From: Lama guanicoe
Taxonomy: Eukaryota
Length of the DNA stretch: 64,000 nucleotides
Assembly: GCA_013239625.1 (NCBI GenBank)
Contig: MU054212.1
Location: forward strand, 8,579,084-8,643,083
Direction: 5' to 3'
Below, one piece after another: positions 34,546 to 48,303 of this stretch (the stretch's first letter is position 1; each line of letters starts with the position of its first letter). The notes beneath the pieces were generated by a model, which did no database searches, was not told where the DNA came from, and saw only the letters and a list, made by a program, of their open reading frames with translations. Both the position numbers and the translations under genes were made by a program.

Positions 34546-37500
34546 CCTCACTGGCCTCACAGTTACCCGGCCTTCCTTTTCCCTGCTCCCTGGCCTGTAT
34601 GGTCAGCTCCATCATCGTCTGTGAGGGGACCACTTCCACACCCCTTCCCCCTAACTCTCAGCCAACTCCTCACTGCCTACCAAGTCTTGCGGAAAACCTT
34701 GGCCTGGAAGAAAAGCGTCCCACAGCTTGGCCAGCTCCTCTTCCCAGTATTCTTCTTCCGACTCTCTCCTACATGTTTCAGCCTAATTTGAGATCTTACC
34801 ACTTCCTGAATATATTACCTTTCCCCCACCCCCTCATGGGCACCCTTCTCCCTCCATAGCCTTCCAGCTGCACCTACTGGGAGTCCCAATTCTTCCTTCA
34901 CCTTGCCTTACCACTTCCACCTCAACTCCCAAGTTCCCACTCAAGAAGCTCCATGTTTTTTTTCTCCTTTTATGGATATATATACTTTTTTTAAAAAAAA
35001 TCACGTCCAATTTGTGAGTTTGGGGATTTCTAGGTGGCGTTCTGGTGTTCACTTGGTGAAATTAGGCACATGGTCCCTGGAAGGTCTGTATCATGCTTCT
35101 CCACCCTCCTCACATCATGGGGGCTCAGACTGAGGAACCTGTGTGTACAGAACAAAAGCAGAATGATGATAACGTGCCAAGATTAAATTTGAACCAATGC
35201 CCTCGTTCTACAAAGTAGAACCCACGAGGCAAATTAAGTCAGAGTAGGCGATTTGGTTCAAAGTCAAAGTAAGACACTTACTCTTCCCACCGTACCTCCA
35301 GTGCAGAGGGAGAGATAGGACCCAAGTGGGCAGAGTCCACTTACTAGTGTAGACACTTAACACAGAAACAGCAGCTGGCGGGCCTGTCACTAGGCTCCAA
35401 GTCTTGGTGTGGTGTGAAACAGGAAGGTGGAGAGGGTGCCACAAATGGGTGGTATCTTTTAAGGCTCAGCCACCCAGTTCTCTACTAAACATGACCCAGG
35501 GACTATCCTGGGAACCCAACCACAGGTACCATTCCCCTCGTAGAGGGAGCCTGGCGTGGCATAGAAAAAGCAGCATGGAGAGAGGTGCAGAATTGGTCTA
35601 TTCCCAATTGTAAACTCTTGGACACAGGACTATTGTTTTATACATTTATAAATTACCTGCTTATAACAACCACATCTTCAGCATGTACGTGGCACACGCT
35701 GCTCAATAAAAATTTGTAGAATCGAATTTGTGATTTACATCTTGAAATTGGTATTGACAAGTTTGAGTCAGTCAGGAATACGGCATCCCAAATGGGGAGA
35801 CGTCCCCAAAAATGTGTAATAAGAGTAACAGTTGTTGGATTTGGGTCAATTCCAGGGGTGAGAGAGGCTTTTTCTGAATTACAAAAAAAGGGCCAAACAA
35901 GGTGAGTGATTGTGGGTCACTTCAGGGACATGGCTTAAGGCTCTGCCAACATAAAGAAGACAGTGCCAGCAATCAGGCCTTCAAATAACGGAAGGGCTGC
36001 CTTGAGAGGCTGCTTGAGATTAGAATAACACAAAAAAGAGTCTGGTGCTGAGTCGGGAATTAAACTCAGCTTCCAAATCTGAGTCTATGAAAACTAACTT
36101 CATGAGGGATTTGAGAGAGAGACAAGAGAATGATTTAGACAAACATTTGAAAACCAGATTTACATTCTTAAAATCTCATTAAAAAAAAAAGAAATCCCAC
36201 TTCTTTTCTTTTTATCCACCTTGCAGATAATGTGTTTCAAAGACACTCCCTCCCCCATGTGTTTAAGTATGTTGTATTATCATTGGGTCTTCAGAGTCAA
36301 ATACAATTAGTCTCTGGGAATATTCGGTTTTTGCACCATTATGTCCTGAAATCATTTACATCCAGGCTTAACTGAATTAAAATAAACATGCTTTTTCTCT
36401 GAAAGTTCAAGCTTATCTATTACTTCGAAGTTGGTAATTAGCTTTATTTATAGGGACACAGCTGGCATTTGACTGAAAAAACACTGCAACAAGTTTGACT
36501 GTGGGCTTCAGCTAAAGGCCAGATTTTACTTAAATCTTCATTTTTTTTCCTAACAAAAGATTTGTTGCAAAATTAACAAATCTGAAACAGTTTAGGGCAA
36601 ATGATAGCCTGTATATTTATAAATATATGAACTAACAAAAGCCACCATCTGAAGCCCAAGAGAAAGCCAGCTATTTGTAATTTTACAACTGGGTGAGTGC
36701 TATTTTAATTAATGTGATGAACTTGTGAATTTAGTCAATTTAATTATACAGGAAATAACTGCATTTTGTTTATTGCATATTTGCTGTGATTAAAAATTTA
36801 CTGGAGAAAAATCATCCATGAAAGGTATTTCAACCTTTTTCTGAATGCCTCAATGGCATTTGGTGCAAAGCAAAAAAAAAAAAAAAAGAACTATATTCTG
36901 TATCTAATATTGCGTTATATTTCTTCATCACTAGCTGAGCTGGATTTGGGCAGAATCGGCCTGTTGCAAATCAGCAGCTGCTGCCACAATTCACAGGAAT
37001 AAAACAAATTACGGGAAGATTGTTTATTAAGTTGAGCCCCTTCTTTATTAGTCATTTGCTACAATTTTATTTTATAGTCTCATTTCATGCTAATGCCTTC
37101 TCCATCATAAAAATGTCAATAATTTCTCTTAGGATTTCATATTAATTTGTCAAACCAAGCTTCACAATGCCATAAACCTGTTCTGCCAGAGATACGGTGG
37201 GGGATGGGGAAGCCAACTCAACATACCAGGATCGTGGGCCAAGGATCAAGTCTAATTTCTAAAAAAAGTTTACTGAACACCCTCTAGCACATTCTACGTG
37301 GCAGGCACCACCCCAGGCCTGGCAATAGAGACCTGGGTCCTGGCTTTGGGAACTTGCAATCTGAGGATGGAGACGTTTATGTGAAGAAGACAAAGCATCA
37401 CAAAGCAGAGCAACCAAGGTGGGAAAGACCAGGGTCACCAGCCAGCCACCCAAGAAAAAGCACAGCATTGAGATATTTTTTTAGAGACCTCTTAACTTGC

Positions 37501-37582
37501 GGGTCCTTCACCAGGTTTAACTAAATTAAGAGTAACATAATACATTTAGATTCTTTTTTACTTTAAAATGTGAAATAGCGTA

Positions 37583-37998
37583 TGTGATGGTTCATTTTAT
37601 GGGTCAATTTAACTGAGCCATGGTATGGCTGGATGTTTGGGCTTATTTTACCCTGAGTGTGTCTGTGATGATGTTTCTGGTTGAGATTAACATTTGAATC
37701 AGTACACTGAGCAAAGCAAATTGCCCTCTGCAGTGTGTCATCCAATCCGACTGAAGGCCTGAATAGAACAAAAAAGGCTGAGTCGGGGATAATTCCCTCT
37801 CTCTCTGCCAGTCTCTGAATTGGGACTTTGGTCTTTAGATGCAGACTTGGATGGGAACTTACACCACCAGCTCTCCTGCTTCAGACTTGGACTGGAACTT
37901 CTTAGCCTCCATGATCACATAAACCAATTCCTTATGATAAATCTCTTTATATCTATATCCTCTTGGTTCTGTTTCTCAGGGGAGTCCTGACTAATACA
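37583..37998 (+). mobile_element. MLT2 (ERVL) solo LTR
   Basis: tgtgatggttcattttatgggtcaa...ctgactaataca; 5-bp TSD gcgta/ccgta (4 of 5 match). Confidence 0.9.
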
Positions 37999-38515
37999 CC
38001 GTAACACAGTCAACCCATGAATATCCATTCGTTTCCAGTAGAAATGGTGTAGTTCTGCCTTCCCGGAGGGCTTCTCAACTCAGTTAAACAAGCTGAACTG
38101 ATTTTTAAATATTCCTTTCACTGGTCTAACGTGGGCACGCGTGTTAAATGGAAGGTGCCAGTCAATTAAATTTTCCAGCTAGGTGAGGACTAATCCATCT
38201 CACTCCTAAAGACTCCTATCTCCTGTGACTTCCATCTTCAGAAATGAACATTGTAATTAGAGGAAGGGAGAACTAAGGTGGCCTCTGGGACAGTGTTGCT
38301 GAAATAAGATGCTCAGACCACTCAGGGTTCTATTATGAACAGGGATTTCTGGGCCCCCTCTGACACCACCTCTGGGGAACCCTGTTGGGATGGCTGAGCT
38401 CTAGGGACCCCCCTGAAGTTGGAGCACAGCTCAGCAAGAATGTCTCAGACACATCCTGACACTCATTTTCATCATTGCTTTTTAACGTTACTTCTAGAAA
38501 CACATGCTTTCTAAA

Positions 38516-38521
<6 letters not shown>

Positions 38522-38546
<25 letters not shown>
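38522..38546. repeat. (TG)n microsatellite
   Basis: About 12 TG units. Confidence 0.95.
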
Positions 38547-39169
38547 TTTAAAGAATCTTCTCTAATTTCTGTCACTTCCAATCAGTCTCCTTTTGCAGCC
38601 CTGCCAGTTCTCAGACACCTGACATTTCCTGCTGTCTGCTGTGGAGTAGCTTTGGGGAAAGAGATTATTTCCTTTCCTCCTTCTCAATCCCCACCCTAGG
38701 CTTTTTCTGTTTAACTAAGAAAAAGCAGAAATTAGTCAAATCTATATTTTTAGGGATTTTTTTTCCCTAGTTGTAATCAAGGCCATAGTTGTTGATCTGG
38801 TGACAGAAGAAATTCCTGATTGATTAAATGTGCTGTGTCTAGATGTTACGGCAGTAAAATTGTGCCCTGGAAGTGAGAGTCTGGCCCCAGATGGGGTCCT
38901 GTGGGGAACCCCTCAATGTGGAAGCAAGACTGCTTCAGACTTGGGAGAGGCCCCATGCAGTGGAGCCCTTCATAACTGCTCCCACTCACCATCCTTGCCT
39001 TCTGGGATGTACGTCCCCCCTCAACCCAAAGAAGAGAAGGCAGTTTGTACGTTGAGATGGTTAAGCCTCACTATTCAGTTGCCACAGTGACATGCATAAA
39101 TGGGATGGCATGACTTTATTATATAAAGTTCATAACTCACAGACTGTCGTCCTTCTGGGGGCTTCAACC

Positions 39170-39545
39170 CAGATGCCCATTAGCTAATGAATGAATAAAC
39201 AAAAATGTGGTATATCCATACAATGAAATATTATCTATGCATTAAAAGGAATCGATTAAGCTGAAAACATTATGATAAGTGAAAAAAGTCAGTCACAAAA
39301 TGTTCTTGAAGGGCCCTGCAGGACCAAAGCAACAGGGCAAATCCACAGTGCAGGGCTCTGAGGAGAGGAACTCTGAAGTACAGCACAGCAATTGGTCCTG
39401 GGCTCTGGCTCTGAAACTGACTAGTTTTATGGCCTTGGTCAAGATTTAAATTTCTCTAAACTTGAATTTTTCCATCAGTAAAATTAGGATAATGGTGTCT
39501 TCAGCTGCGAGGATTGAATGAGACTGTGTATGTTCTGTGCTATGG
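39170..39545 (+). mobile_element. Short L1 fragment (about 39170-39300) and MIR (about 39395-39545)
   Basis: aaatgtggtatatccatacaatgaaatatt; tggctctgaaactgactag...catcagtaaaattaggataat. Confidence 0.65.
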
Positions 39546-39549
39546 TACT

Positions 39550-40475
39550 TTGTTACAGAAATGGGCCCCCAATTATTTCTTCCTGTATCTCCACCCTTGA
39601 TGGTCCCCTCCCACATTGATTCTGAGAGTAGCCATGTGACTTGCTTTGACCAATGGCACATTTGCAAACATAATATGAGCAGAGGCTTAACATATCGTGC
39701 ACTGAGACTTGCCTTCTCATACCACACAAGTCTACCATGTGAAGATGCCTGGGCTAGCCTGCTGGAGATGTGTGGCTCAGCTGTCAGCTAGCTCAACCAC
39801 CAACCAAGTGAATGAGGCCATCTTAGATCATCCTGTCCCGGTTGAGCTGCCAGGTGACTGCAGACATACAAGAGTCTCCCGGTGCGGAAGATGATCTACA
39901 TGTCAAAGACCACTAGGAACACACTGGTAGTCAAGTAAAGTTAAAGTGTTGCAGCTAGGGAGAGTGAACACCAGAGGAACCAGGAAGGGGAAGCCTGGAT
40001 GGAGCTTATTATAGGATTTGGGTGTCTGCTGGGTGATTCCATAAGGGTTTAGGGAAGCAGGAGCCAGTTTTTGATTGGGTGCTGTTAGAAGGTGGGGCCA
40101 GCGTGGTGACCGAATCTCTTAGTAATTTTTATCTAAGAGGCAGGAGGATGAAAGCAGACTACAATTGTCAGTGGTAACTCATATTACCTAGAAGAAGGAG
40201 ACGTTTAGTTATCTGTGAGTTGCAGAACGTCCTCATCTCTGTATAGTTTCAGGCATGATCACAAAGTAGTCTTGCTCTGTCTTATTCCATCATGGCCAAA
40301 GAATGGCCTTGTCTATTGTTAATATGCTGTGAAAATTGTTCATATACATTCAGGAATGCTACAGCTGCCACTGTTGGGGCCACTGCTTACTTTCTTACAC
40401 AGAATCATGAACAAATAGTTGTCCTAAGCCTCTAAGTTTTGGGGTGGTTTTTAATTTAGCAATAGATAATTAATA
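39550..40475 (+). mobile_element. MLT1 (MaLR) LTR split by an ERV1 LTR
   Basis: gccatgtgacttgctttgaccaatgg...; resumes at about 40400 (cagaatcatga...ctaagttttggggtggttt...agcaatagataa). Confidence 0.8.
39901..40399 (-). mobile_element. Old ERV1 LTR (MER89/MER90/MER110-like) nested in MLT1
   Basis: tgtcaaagac...ttcttaca termini; similar to the elements at 25545 and 49722. Confidence 0.65.
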
Positions 40476-42169
40476 TGAGCTCTTTGCAATAAGAAAGCCC
40501 TAAAGTATTACAGGCTTTCTGATTCCTTCTGGCGTTATATGCGTAGAAAGCTCCAAATTTGTGGGATGCAAGCGGAGGAGGTAAGCAGAACCTGGGGGAG
40601 CTGACCAGGACCAGCCAAGGACAAGGGCAGCGCAAGACCTCAGAGGCCTGAGGTGGCCACATACATGCAGCAGACAGGGCTGGTTCAACCATCTCCCAGG
40701 GACCAGACCGTGATGCTCCATCTCCCCTTCCTAGGTCTTCCCCATTCAGGGTCCACTCCTGGCTTGAGGGGCAGCAGGGCAAGTTCCCCGGGATCTCTTC
40801 TCAGCTAGCATCTCTGACAGGCACCTGAAAGCCTCTGATCGTCTGTGCATGAACAGTCTACTCTGTTCACAGACCCGCCTGTGGGCTCAGCCATCACAAA
40901 CAATATTCGAGCCTATTTCGTTTCTGGTAGAAAGATACACCTGCCCTTGCTCTGGGTACAGAAGGTATTGACCCACTTCAAGGAGGTACGGCGGGGGAGT
41001 CATAATTCTTGGTTATTGTTCCACCTCTTGAATGACCAATAACCCAAGAGTGAACTCTTCTGCTTTTCGACCAGGTACTTTTAGCTTAAATCACTGCTGG
41101 TCAGGCCCTGGTCATAAATCTCCTGAGGATAGGTCATGCTTCTTGCAGTTACTTCTTCTCTAGCCAACACTTTCAGTGAAATTCAGGGAAGAAAGGACAG
41201 TAAATCCTGTTTTCCTCTTACAAATACTCTATACGCTGTTCCCTACGGACAGCTTAAAAATTGGCTCGAACTTAACCAACTTCTGGGAGGCATTCTTTCA
41301 TTCAGCTACAAGAATATGTTTTTCCAATCACCCTCAAAGCCAGAGGCAGCCACTTTACCTATCAGAATCTGTCACAGTTGGGTACAGAAAAATCCAGATG
41401 ACTGAAAAGTAACCATTCACACTGGCTTTACAAAAAGGACGAAAGTAAATCCCCCGTGGGAACACTGGGACATCTGTCTTGGTTCAGCAGGTTCTTGGGA
41501 GAACATGAGAAGCACTGGCTTCATTTCAGGGTGTTGACTTGTATTTTGCATGAAAATGTACCATTCCAATCATGGAGGACTTTGAATTTCAGTGGGCCCT
41601 TCCTTCCTTCTTACTCTAACAAACCAGCAAAGAGCCAAACTTGGCTAGCTGCAGAGCCAGAGTATCAACTCAACCACAAAAACCTGGATCATCCACTCCT
41701 GGCTATACAGCTTGTCAGCCAATGTCAATGTTAAAACAGGAATGGATTCCATGCTCTGAAGCCACAATCACTCAGCAAAGTGTTTGAACCCTTGATGAAA
41801 ACCCCTGGCCCAGTTCCTGGCTCTGTACCCCTCTGGCTATCACGTAAGGGTTTTGTATTTCAGTAACTTTGTTTGCAGATTGTGCTTCTACCCATCTCAG
41901 GGGATTGCTAGGAGGAACAATTGAGAAAATGCAAATTTTCTTTGAGGAATATAAAATGGTAAACATATGCTCTGTGAAATGTTATAAATGTATTTAATTT
42001 GTCATTCCACGACATCTCACCATAACCCTATCACAGTAAGATAAATGGCAGCAGCTAAAACACATCCTTCCCACAAGTAACAAGAATAACTTGTGAGGTC
42101 CTCGAGGACAAGAGCCATTCCCACTCATCTGTATGTCCACTGTGACACACATCCCCCCAGGAAACGTCC

Positions 42170-42298
42170 CTAGGCGATATACATTTGTTGAATAGATGGA
42201 TAGATAGATAGATAGATGGAATACTGAAGGAGTGGACGAATGGATGGGTGGGTGGGTGGTGGATGAATAGATATGATGGATGCGTGAACAGATGGATG
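42170..42298 (+). repeat. L2 terminus extended as a degenerate (TGGA/TAGA)n repeat
   Basis: atttgttgaatagatggatagatagatagatagatgga... Confidence 0.75.
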
Positions 42299-42894
42299 CA
42301 GGGCCAAAATGGTATTCAACAGTACGGGCATTCGGGTTGTCAAAGTACTAAAATACTTCCACATTGGTTGGTTAAAGATGTCTCTCCCTGAGCTCTTCAC
42401 GTGCGCCCGGTTGTCCAGACTGCTAGCTCTCTCCTCCCACGACGCCCCCAGTCCTTTCCACAACTGGAAACAGTAGGGTGATCATCTGGCACAGAATTCA
42501 GTGCTGATAGGAAATCAAAGTGGTTGATGCCACTGCCCCCACTCAATTGTGAAAGATTCTAAATGTCCACATCTTACTTGGATGGGTAGCCATTTCATTA
42601 TTGGGCTAGTTTTAGGCCACTGGCCCTAGGACAAGGTTCTTAATAAACCCCACAAATGAGATTTAAATTTGTTGTCAAAATCTCCTAGCTCATAGGGATT
42701 AAACTCCATCATACCCTGAGGTCCTAGAAGATTTTAACTTTTGTCGTTGAGTTTCTTTTCTTCACCACACTCCAAAATTTCCAGATAATGATTTGCCACA
42801 CCACATGTAGGGTGAGACTTTTCCCGCAAGAAGTTACTTCTTATATGAACTCACTTTCTTAATAGCAGGGGTTTGGGGAATTTCTTATTCATTA

Positions 42895-43250
42895 ATTTAT
42901 TTCCTTTCCTCTCCAGCTTTACTGAGATATAATTGACATACAACATGGCATAAGGTATACAGCATGATGATTTGATACATGTATATTTTGCAAAATGATT
43001 ACCACAATAAGGTTAATTAACGCCTCAATCACCTCACATAATTTCATTTTATGTATGTTATTTAAGATTATTTAGGATCTATCTCTCAGTAACTTTCAAG
43101 AACGTAATACAATATTGTTACTATGGTCACCATGCTGTACATTAGATCCCAGGGACCGGCTCATCTTATAACTGGAAGTTTGTACCCTTGACCATCTCCC
43201 ATTTCCCCCATCGCCACCTCTGGCAACCACCATTCCACTCTCTGTCTCTA
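42895..43250 (-). mobile_element. L1MA-like 3' end
   Basis: ctttactgagatataattgacatacaaca...caccatgctgtacattagatccc...ctggcaaccaccatt. Confidence 0.85.
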
Positions 43251-45214
43251 CGTAAATCACTCTCTTAATAGCGTGGGTTTGGAGGATTTCTGTTTCAGGT
43301 AGTGACCTATGATATTAACTCACTTTCTTAACAGCATGGGTTTCAGGGAAAAGTGCCTGATAAGTATCATGACCAATGGGTCCATCTCGAATAGCCCCTC
43401 ATGAAACCCTGGAAGAACTTGTGACAACTGTACACGGACCTCACCAGGCAGAGCTCTTTTTCCACCCTGCTTTGAGGGAAGAGATGTTGGTCTCACACAA
43501 GCCATGATCCAGCCACGTTGCTGATGCCTCGTGACGTGGCTTTCAGCTCCCCATGGCCCTGGGCTCCTCCGTTAGGGACCACCACTTGGAATTCGGGGAT
43601 TGCTGCCCTCCACCTACACTGCGGCCACCATGTACGGCTTTGGTGGGGTGGAACCCCCATACCCCACTTTCCCTCAGTTCCCTGTGACAATCTGTGGGCA
43701 GCAATGCTCTCCACGCCCAACACACACATACTTCCCAGTGATGAACAGTCATCTCCAGAAGCCAAACAGTGCAGCAGCAGAAAGGGAAAGAGTTACCCGT
43801 GGGCCTCGTCATTACCGTGCTGAGAATCATTTGAGCCCTCTGGTCCATCTCCCTCTGTCCAGACCACACCCAGGGTGCAAAGGGAGGGGCGCTTTCTCAC
43901 TCTTTACCAAACGGCTGAGAGCTTAGTTTAAATTCTGGGGCAGGGCCTTGAAACTGAAGTGCTTTCCCGTGGGCCAGAATGGAGTTCTTAGGAAGATGGC
44001 CCCTCTCACTCCTTTCCACTCTTCCCCTCCTCAGAGACTCAGAAGCAGAAGGGTCACCCTTCTCAGAGGATTAGTCTCAGGGCTGGAGGGCAGGAAAAGG
44101 ACTCTTCCAGCCCCAGTTTATCTTCCTGCTCTACAGGAAGGATGCATCATCCACTATTTGGAAAAGTTTCATCAAAGGGAAGTTGTTCTAAGAAATGTAA
44201 CAGTTAGCATCTAGAATGTGCACTTCACAGCTGGGCCAGGCAAAGAAGTGGATCGGCTGCTGCTGCATTTTGAGAAGAGAAAAACATAGTGGCTGTCATC
44301 CTTCAACAGAGTATATTGAATGATACTTCATAATTAGCTCCCACTCCTCTGACACAAAGAATGAAAGAACTGGAGTAGTGCAGTGCCCTCCAGCCGAGCA
44401 TCAGGAAAGAGGTATTGCGGTAACATCAGGACAGCCACCTCCAACGGTACCTGTCAGATTTTAAGAGATTTTCTTCTACCAACATCATTCTCCTTTCCCT
44501 TCCCACCATAGAGAACTGGCTGAATTTCCCCTTCAAATGCAGCAAAATTTTTGGACGAAGTATAATAACTATAGTAACACATTAGAAGAAATAAACATCA
44601 CGTGGAGGAAAGGCTTCAGTGTTTGCCGAACGTACCAACTGCATGGGTCTCCAGGGTTACAGGGCTGATTTGCATCAGACTCCGGCTCTCTTCCCCACCA
44701 CCCCATCCCTTCGCTGCTTCCCGAGACCCTGGGAGACAAAGTCCCCATCCCAGTGAATGGCACTTGCTCACTCCCACACAGGACGCCCCCACACTCACAG
44801 CTCCTGCTGCCAGCGCCTGGTCTGATGCAGCCATGTGTTTCCAGGCACAGCTCATGCCCGGTGAACTGAAGCTTTGAGCTGTGACCTCACCAGGAAGGAC
44901 TTGCAGCCTTGCTCCCAGTTGCAGTCATCTGGGAGCAAGAATTGCATTGGCCCCAGACGCTCATCTGACCCCCTTGTGTGGGAGGTGACGACAGAGGGAG
45001 GGGGCAGTCCCACAGTCTGAGTGGAGGGTCTCATCACTGCTGCTCAGGGCTCTTCTCACTAATAGACAACTTGTATAATCATAACAAACGTTGATTTTAA
45101 AAAGAAAGAAAGGGGCTCAGACCTTCTCACTTCCAAGACAGGCAGGGAGGAACGGAGGAACAGGAGCCTCCTCCTTTGTCTAGGCAGAATGGTTCACAGA
45201 GCACTTGGCGAGAG

Positions 45215-45720
45215 CCGGGTCTGCCCAGGGTAACAGAAATCCCTCTAGGTCTAAGAACAGAGGAATTCAATACAGGGAATCGGCTGATGAAGCAACAGGA
45301 CTGCAGAGGAATTCAACAGGAAACAGTGGAAAAGCAGAGATTAGCCACAGCAGGAAGCCACAAACACCCCAGGACCTGGAGACTGTGGGAACAGAGGGTG
45401 TGACCAGGGACCAAGCTGCAACTGTGAGATGCTCCCTGCAGGAGCTGGGACTGTAAGGGAGGGGCTGCCTGGCAGAAGCTGGAGCCTTGAAAGAAAAGGC
45501 CACTGCTGAGATGTAAGAGTAGAGAAGAGAGAGGGGGTAAAGCGAAAGAGAATTTCCTGCCCTCCCTCACTTACCCCCTCCCTCCCGCCCTCCATCTCTC
45601 CAGTTTTCTACCAGGCCTCCCACTGGCATGCCTACCAGTGGTCACTGGTAAAGGAGCCACGAAATGCAATTCCCTATGATCAAAGGAAGAACAGAGGAAG
45701 GGCTGGTATGGCTCTGAGGC
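45215..45720 (-). mobile_element. Ancient LTR-like element (family uncertain)
   Basis: gaggaattcaatacagggaatcgg pattern and a MaLR-like end (ccactggcatgcctaccagtgg...ggagcc...aaatgcaattcc). Confidence 0.35.
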
Positions 45721-46269
45721 ATAGGAGGCGCCCAGTCTTCCCTTCTGCCCTGGTTTACAGACCAGGAAGACTAAGACCAAGAGCAACAGGTGAGGTGGCC
45801 ATCCCATAATAAATGCCAGCTCAGCCCTTCTGGCACCACGATGCCCTTGGGAGGAGGAGCAAGAATATGCTTTGATGTGGGGATGAAAGAAGATCCCAGA
45901 AGGACTTTGGGAGGGCGGAGGGTGCGGGCTGAGAGGGCCATAAGGATGCTTTGTCTCAGGCTGGAGTCCTAAGGCTGGGGGTGGTCTGGGATCTAAGGGT
46001 TGGGGTGCCTTGGCCAGAAGCAGAAATGTAAACCCTCAAATCCCATTAGAGGACCTGGGCTGGAGGTGGTCCTTGTCACAGCAGAGGGAGAGAAATTAGA
46101 CTGGGGCTTCCAGCCATGCAGAGGTGGTTTTTAAAACCATTCCATGGGCTTACATTGGACAACCTATTTGTTACCCGAACTACTAATGCTTTGCACTATA
46201 GAAAAATTGTCCTCACACTTTGTAAGGCGGGTGTGCTGTCGTGAGCTGGGATAGCTTACTGGTTATGAG

Positions 46270-46475
46270 GCCAGGAGGGCCTGGGCCAGACTCCAGCACT
46301 GCAGCCTACTGTCCTGGCTAGGGACACCTTATCTAACCATTTTGTTTCCTCTCCTGGAAGACAGGGTTGCTGACCTCTGCCTCCCAGAGCTGTTGTGAGG
46401 ATGACATGAAATAATGAACTTAACAAGGAAGCCCTTAGCACAGAGCCTGGCTCCCAGAAAGGGCTCGTGTAACGC
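46270..46475 (+). mobile_element. MIR SINE
   Basis: ctcccagagctgttgtgaggatga...cttagcacagagcctggc. Confidence 0.65.
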
Positions 46476-47869
46476 AGCCCTGGTCTGTGGGTGAGAGACT
46501 CCTTTCACAGCTTTGGCAGCCCCACCCATCCTCCAGGACCCCTGGATGCTCCGATCCCTGGGGCGGGGGGTCATCGAGAATGCACAGCAAAGCACAGCCT
46601 CCTGGCCGCCTGCCTTTACTGCTGGGTGCTAAAGGGCTGAAGGCAGCAAATTGCCTTCCCAGCCTGTGGCTCCTTAGTCACAAAAAAAAACAAATCACAG
46701 CCTGTCAAGTCAGTCCCAGAAGCAAATGAGATCAGAAGAACGCACATTTGCTAACAAAATTTACAGCCTTCAGATGCCCACGGAAGTCCTGTTACCCCTC
46801 ATGGAGACGGGAGGGGAAGCCTTTTGCACCTTCCCACTGTGGAGGAGGCCAGGGGTCCGGGTCGGGCACCCTGGGGAGTGGGTGGGGGTGAAGAGCAGTC
46901 AGTGGGCCTGCGGTAATGAACAGACGTCTCTGAACGTCCTGGGTCCCCTTCTGTCCTCTGTGGGCAGCAAAAGAATTGGAAGGGCCTCCCTGGACTGGGG
47001 CGACCACGGGGAGGGCAGAGGCAGCTAAGAGAGGGGGTTAACCTCTCATTATTGCAGGCCCTGGGGACCAGCACACAGAGATGCAGCAGGCAGGGGAGCG
47101 GGGAGCGGGGTGAGAGGGGCCTGAGCTCTGCAGCAAGAGCCGGTGGATGAGTCGGACAAACAATGGTGAAAGTAACAGGGGTGGGCCAGCCCCTAACTTG
47201 GTGGGGCGGAAGCCCCAGGTAGCCAGTAAAATACACTTTCCTCCATGCCTCCTGAAGCCATGAATGGCTCCTCCAGGAACTTACTCATCTTTGTCTGGGC
47301 TTTTCAGCCATGACTTGAGGACAGGGTTTTATTTCCTTAGAGCAATCCACACAACCCCCCGCCCCACTCCCCACCACTGTCAGCGTGCAGTCACAACAGC
47401 TCTGCAATCCTGTCTCGTGTCCACATGATGACCATTAAAAAAATAAACGACAGTTCTTGGGGGATGGAGGAAGAGAGGACAGGGGAGAGAAGGCCCTGGA
47501 AACTCTAAGCAGGGCCACAGTCTGTGGCCAGGGAGAGGCAGAGCTTCAGCAGAGGGGCGGGGGTGGGACAACAGAGCATGTCTGGCGACAGTAAGTCTTC
47601 CTGTGTGTCTGGAATGGGGTGCCGGGGAGGTGCCTTCTCTCAGTGGGTGTATGCTGGATTAGTGCTAACATGTCACACACGTCATCCACACTTTATCAGT
47701 ATTGGTTTTATTGAATTTGAACCTCATATGATTGAATCAACAGTCAAATGGCGATTCCTGGGCATTCTAGGTGATGTGGGACCATGGTGGCCCAGCAGTG
47801 GGGACAGCCCCCTGTGACAGGGTCAGAGCGGGTGACAGGCCTGCCGGGCCAGCACGATTCAGTGAACAC

Positions 47870-48303
47870 TGACAAAGATGCTTTTCTTGGCCAAACTTGA
47901 GTCAGGCTCCTGAACCTTCTCCTAGGCTCATCTCTGCACTCGCTTATAACATGCAGTTTTAGCAAGAACCCCCAACCTCGATATCTGATCACCCTCAGAT
48001 CTGATCAGGTTCCTTATCCTCCTCGTTTCCCGGGTGATGTCTGATCACCCTGCCCCGCCTTCAGCAAGGCTCCTGTGAGGCTGGCTTAGCCAGAGCCCCC
48101 TCTTACCTGATGTTTTAGCACTTTTCTGTGCACCGACTCCTGCCCTGCTCCTTGGCTACAACCTCCCCCTTGCCCAAGCTGTGTTCGGAGTTAAGTCCAT
48201 TCTCTTTCCCACTGCAAAACCCTGTTGCGATGGTCCAGAGTAAACCCGGCCTTTAATAAATGTCGTCTTTAATAAATGTCGTGAGTATTTCTTTTCTTTA
48301 ACA
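47870..48303 (+). mobile_element. MER31-like ERV1 solo LTR
   Basis: tgacaaaga...ccaaactt.agtcaggctcc start, repeated atctgatca motifs, AATAAA, ends tctttaaca. Confidence 0.8.

Noticed and set aside
42825..43352. CRISPR-like repeat-spacer array
   Set aside because: Mammalian DNA, only three degenerate copies, one interval is an L1, and there are no cas genes.
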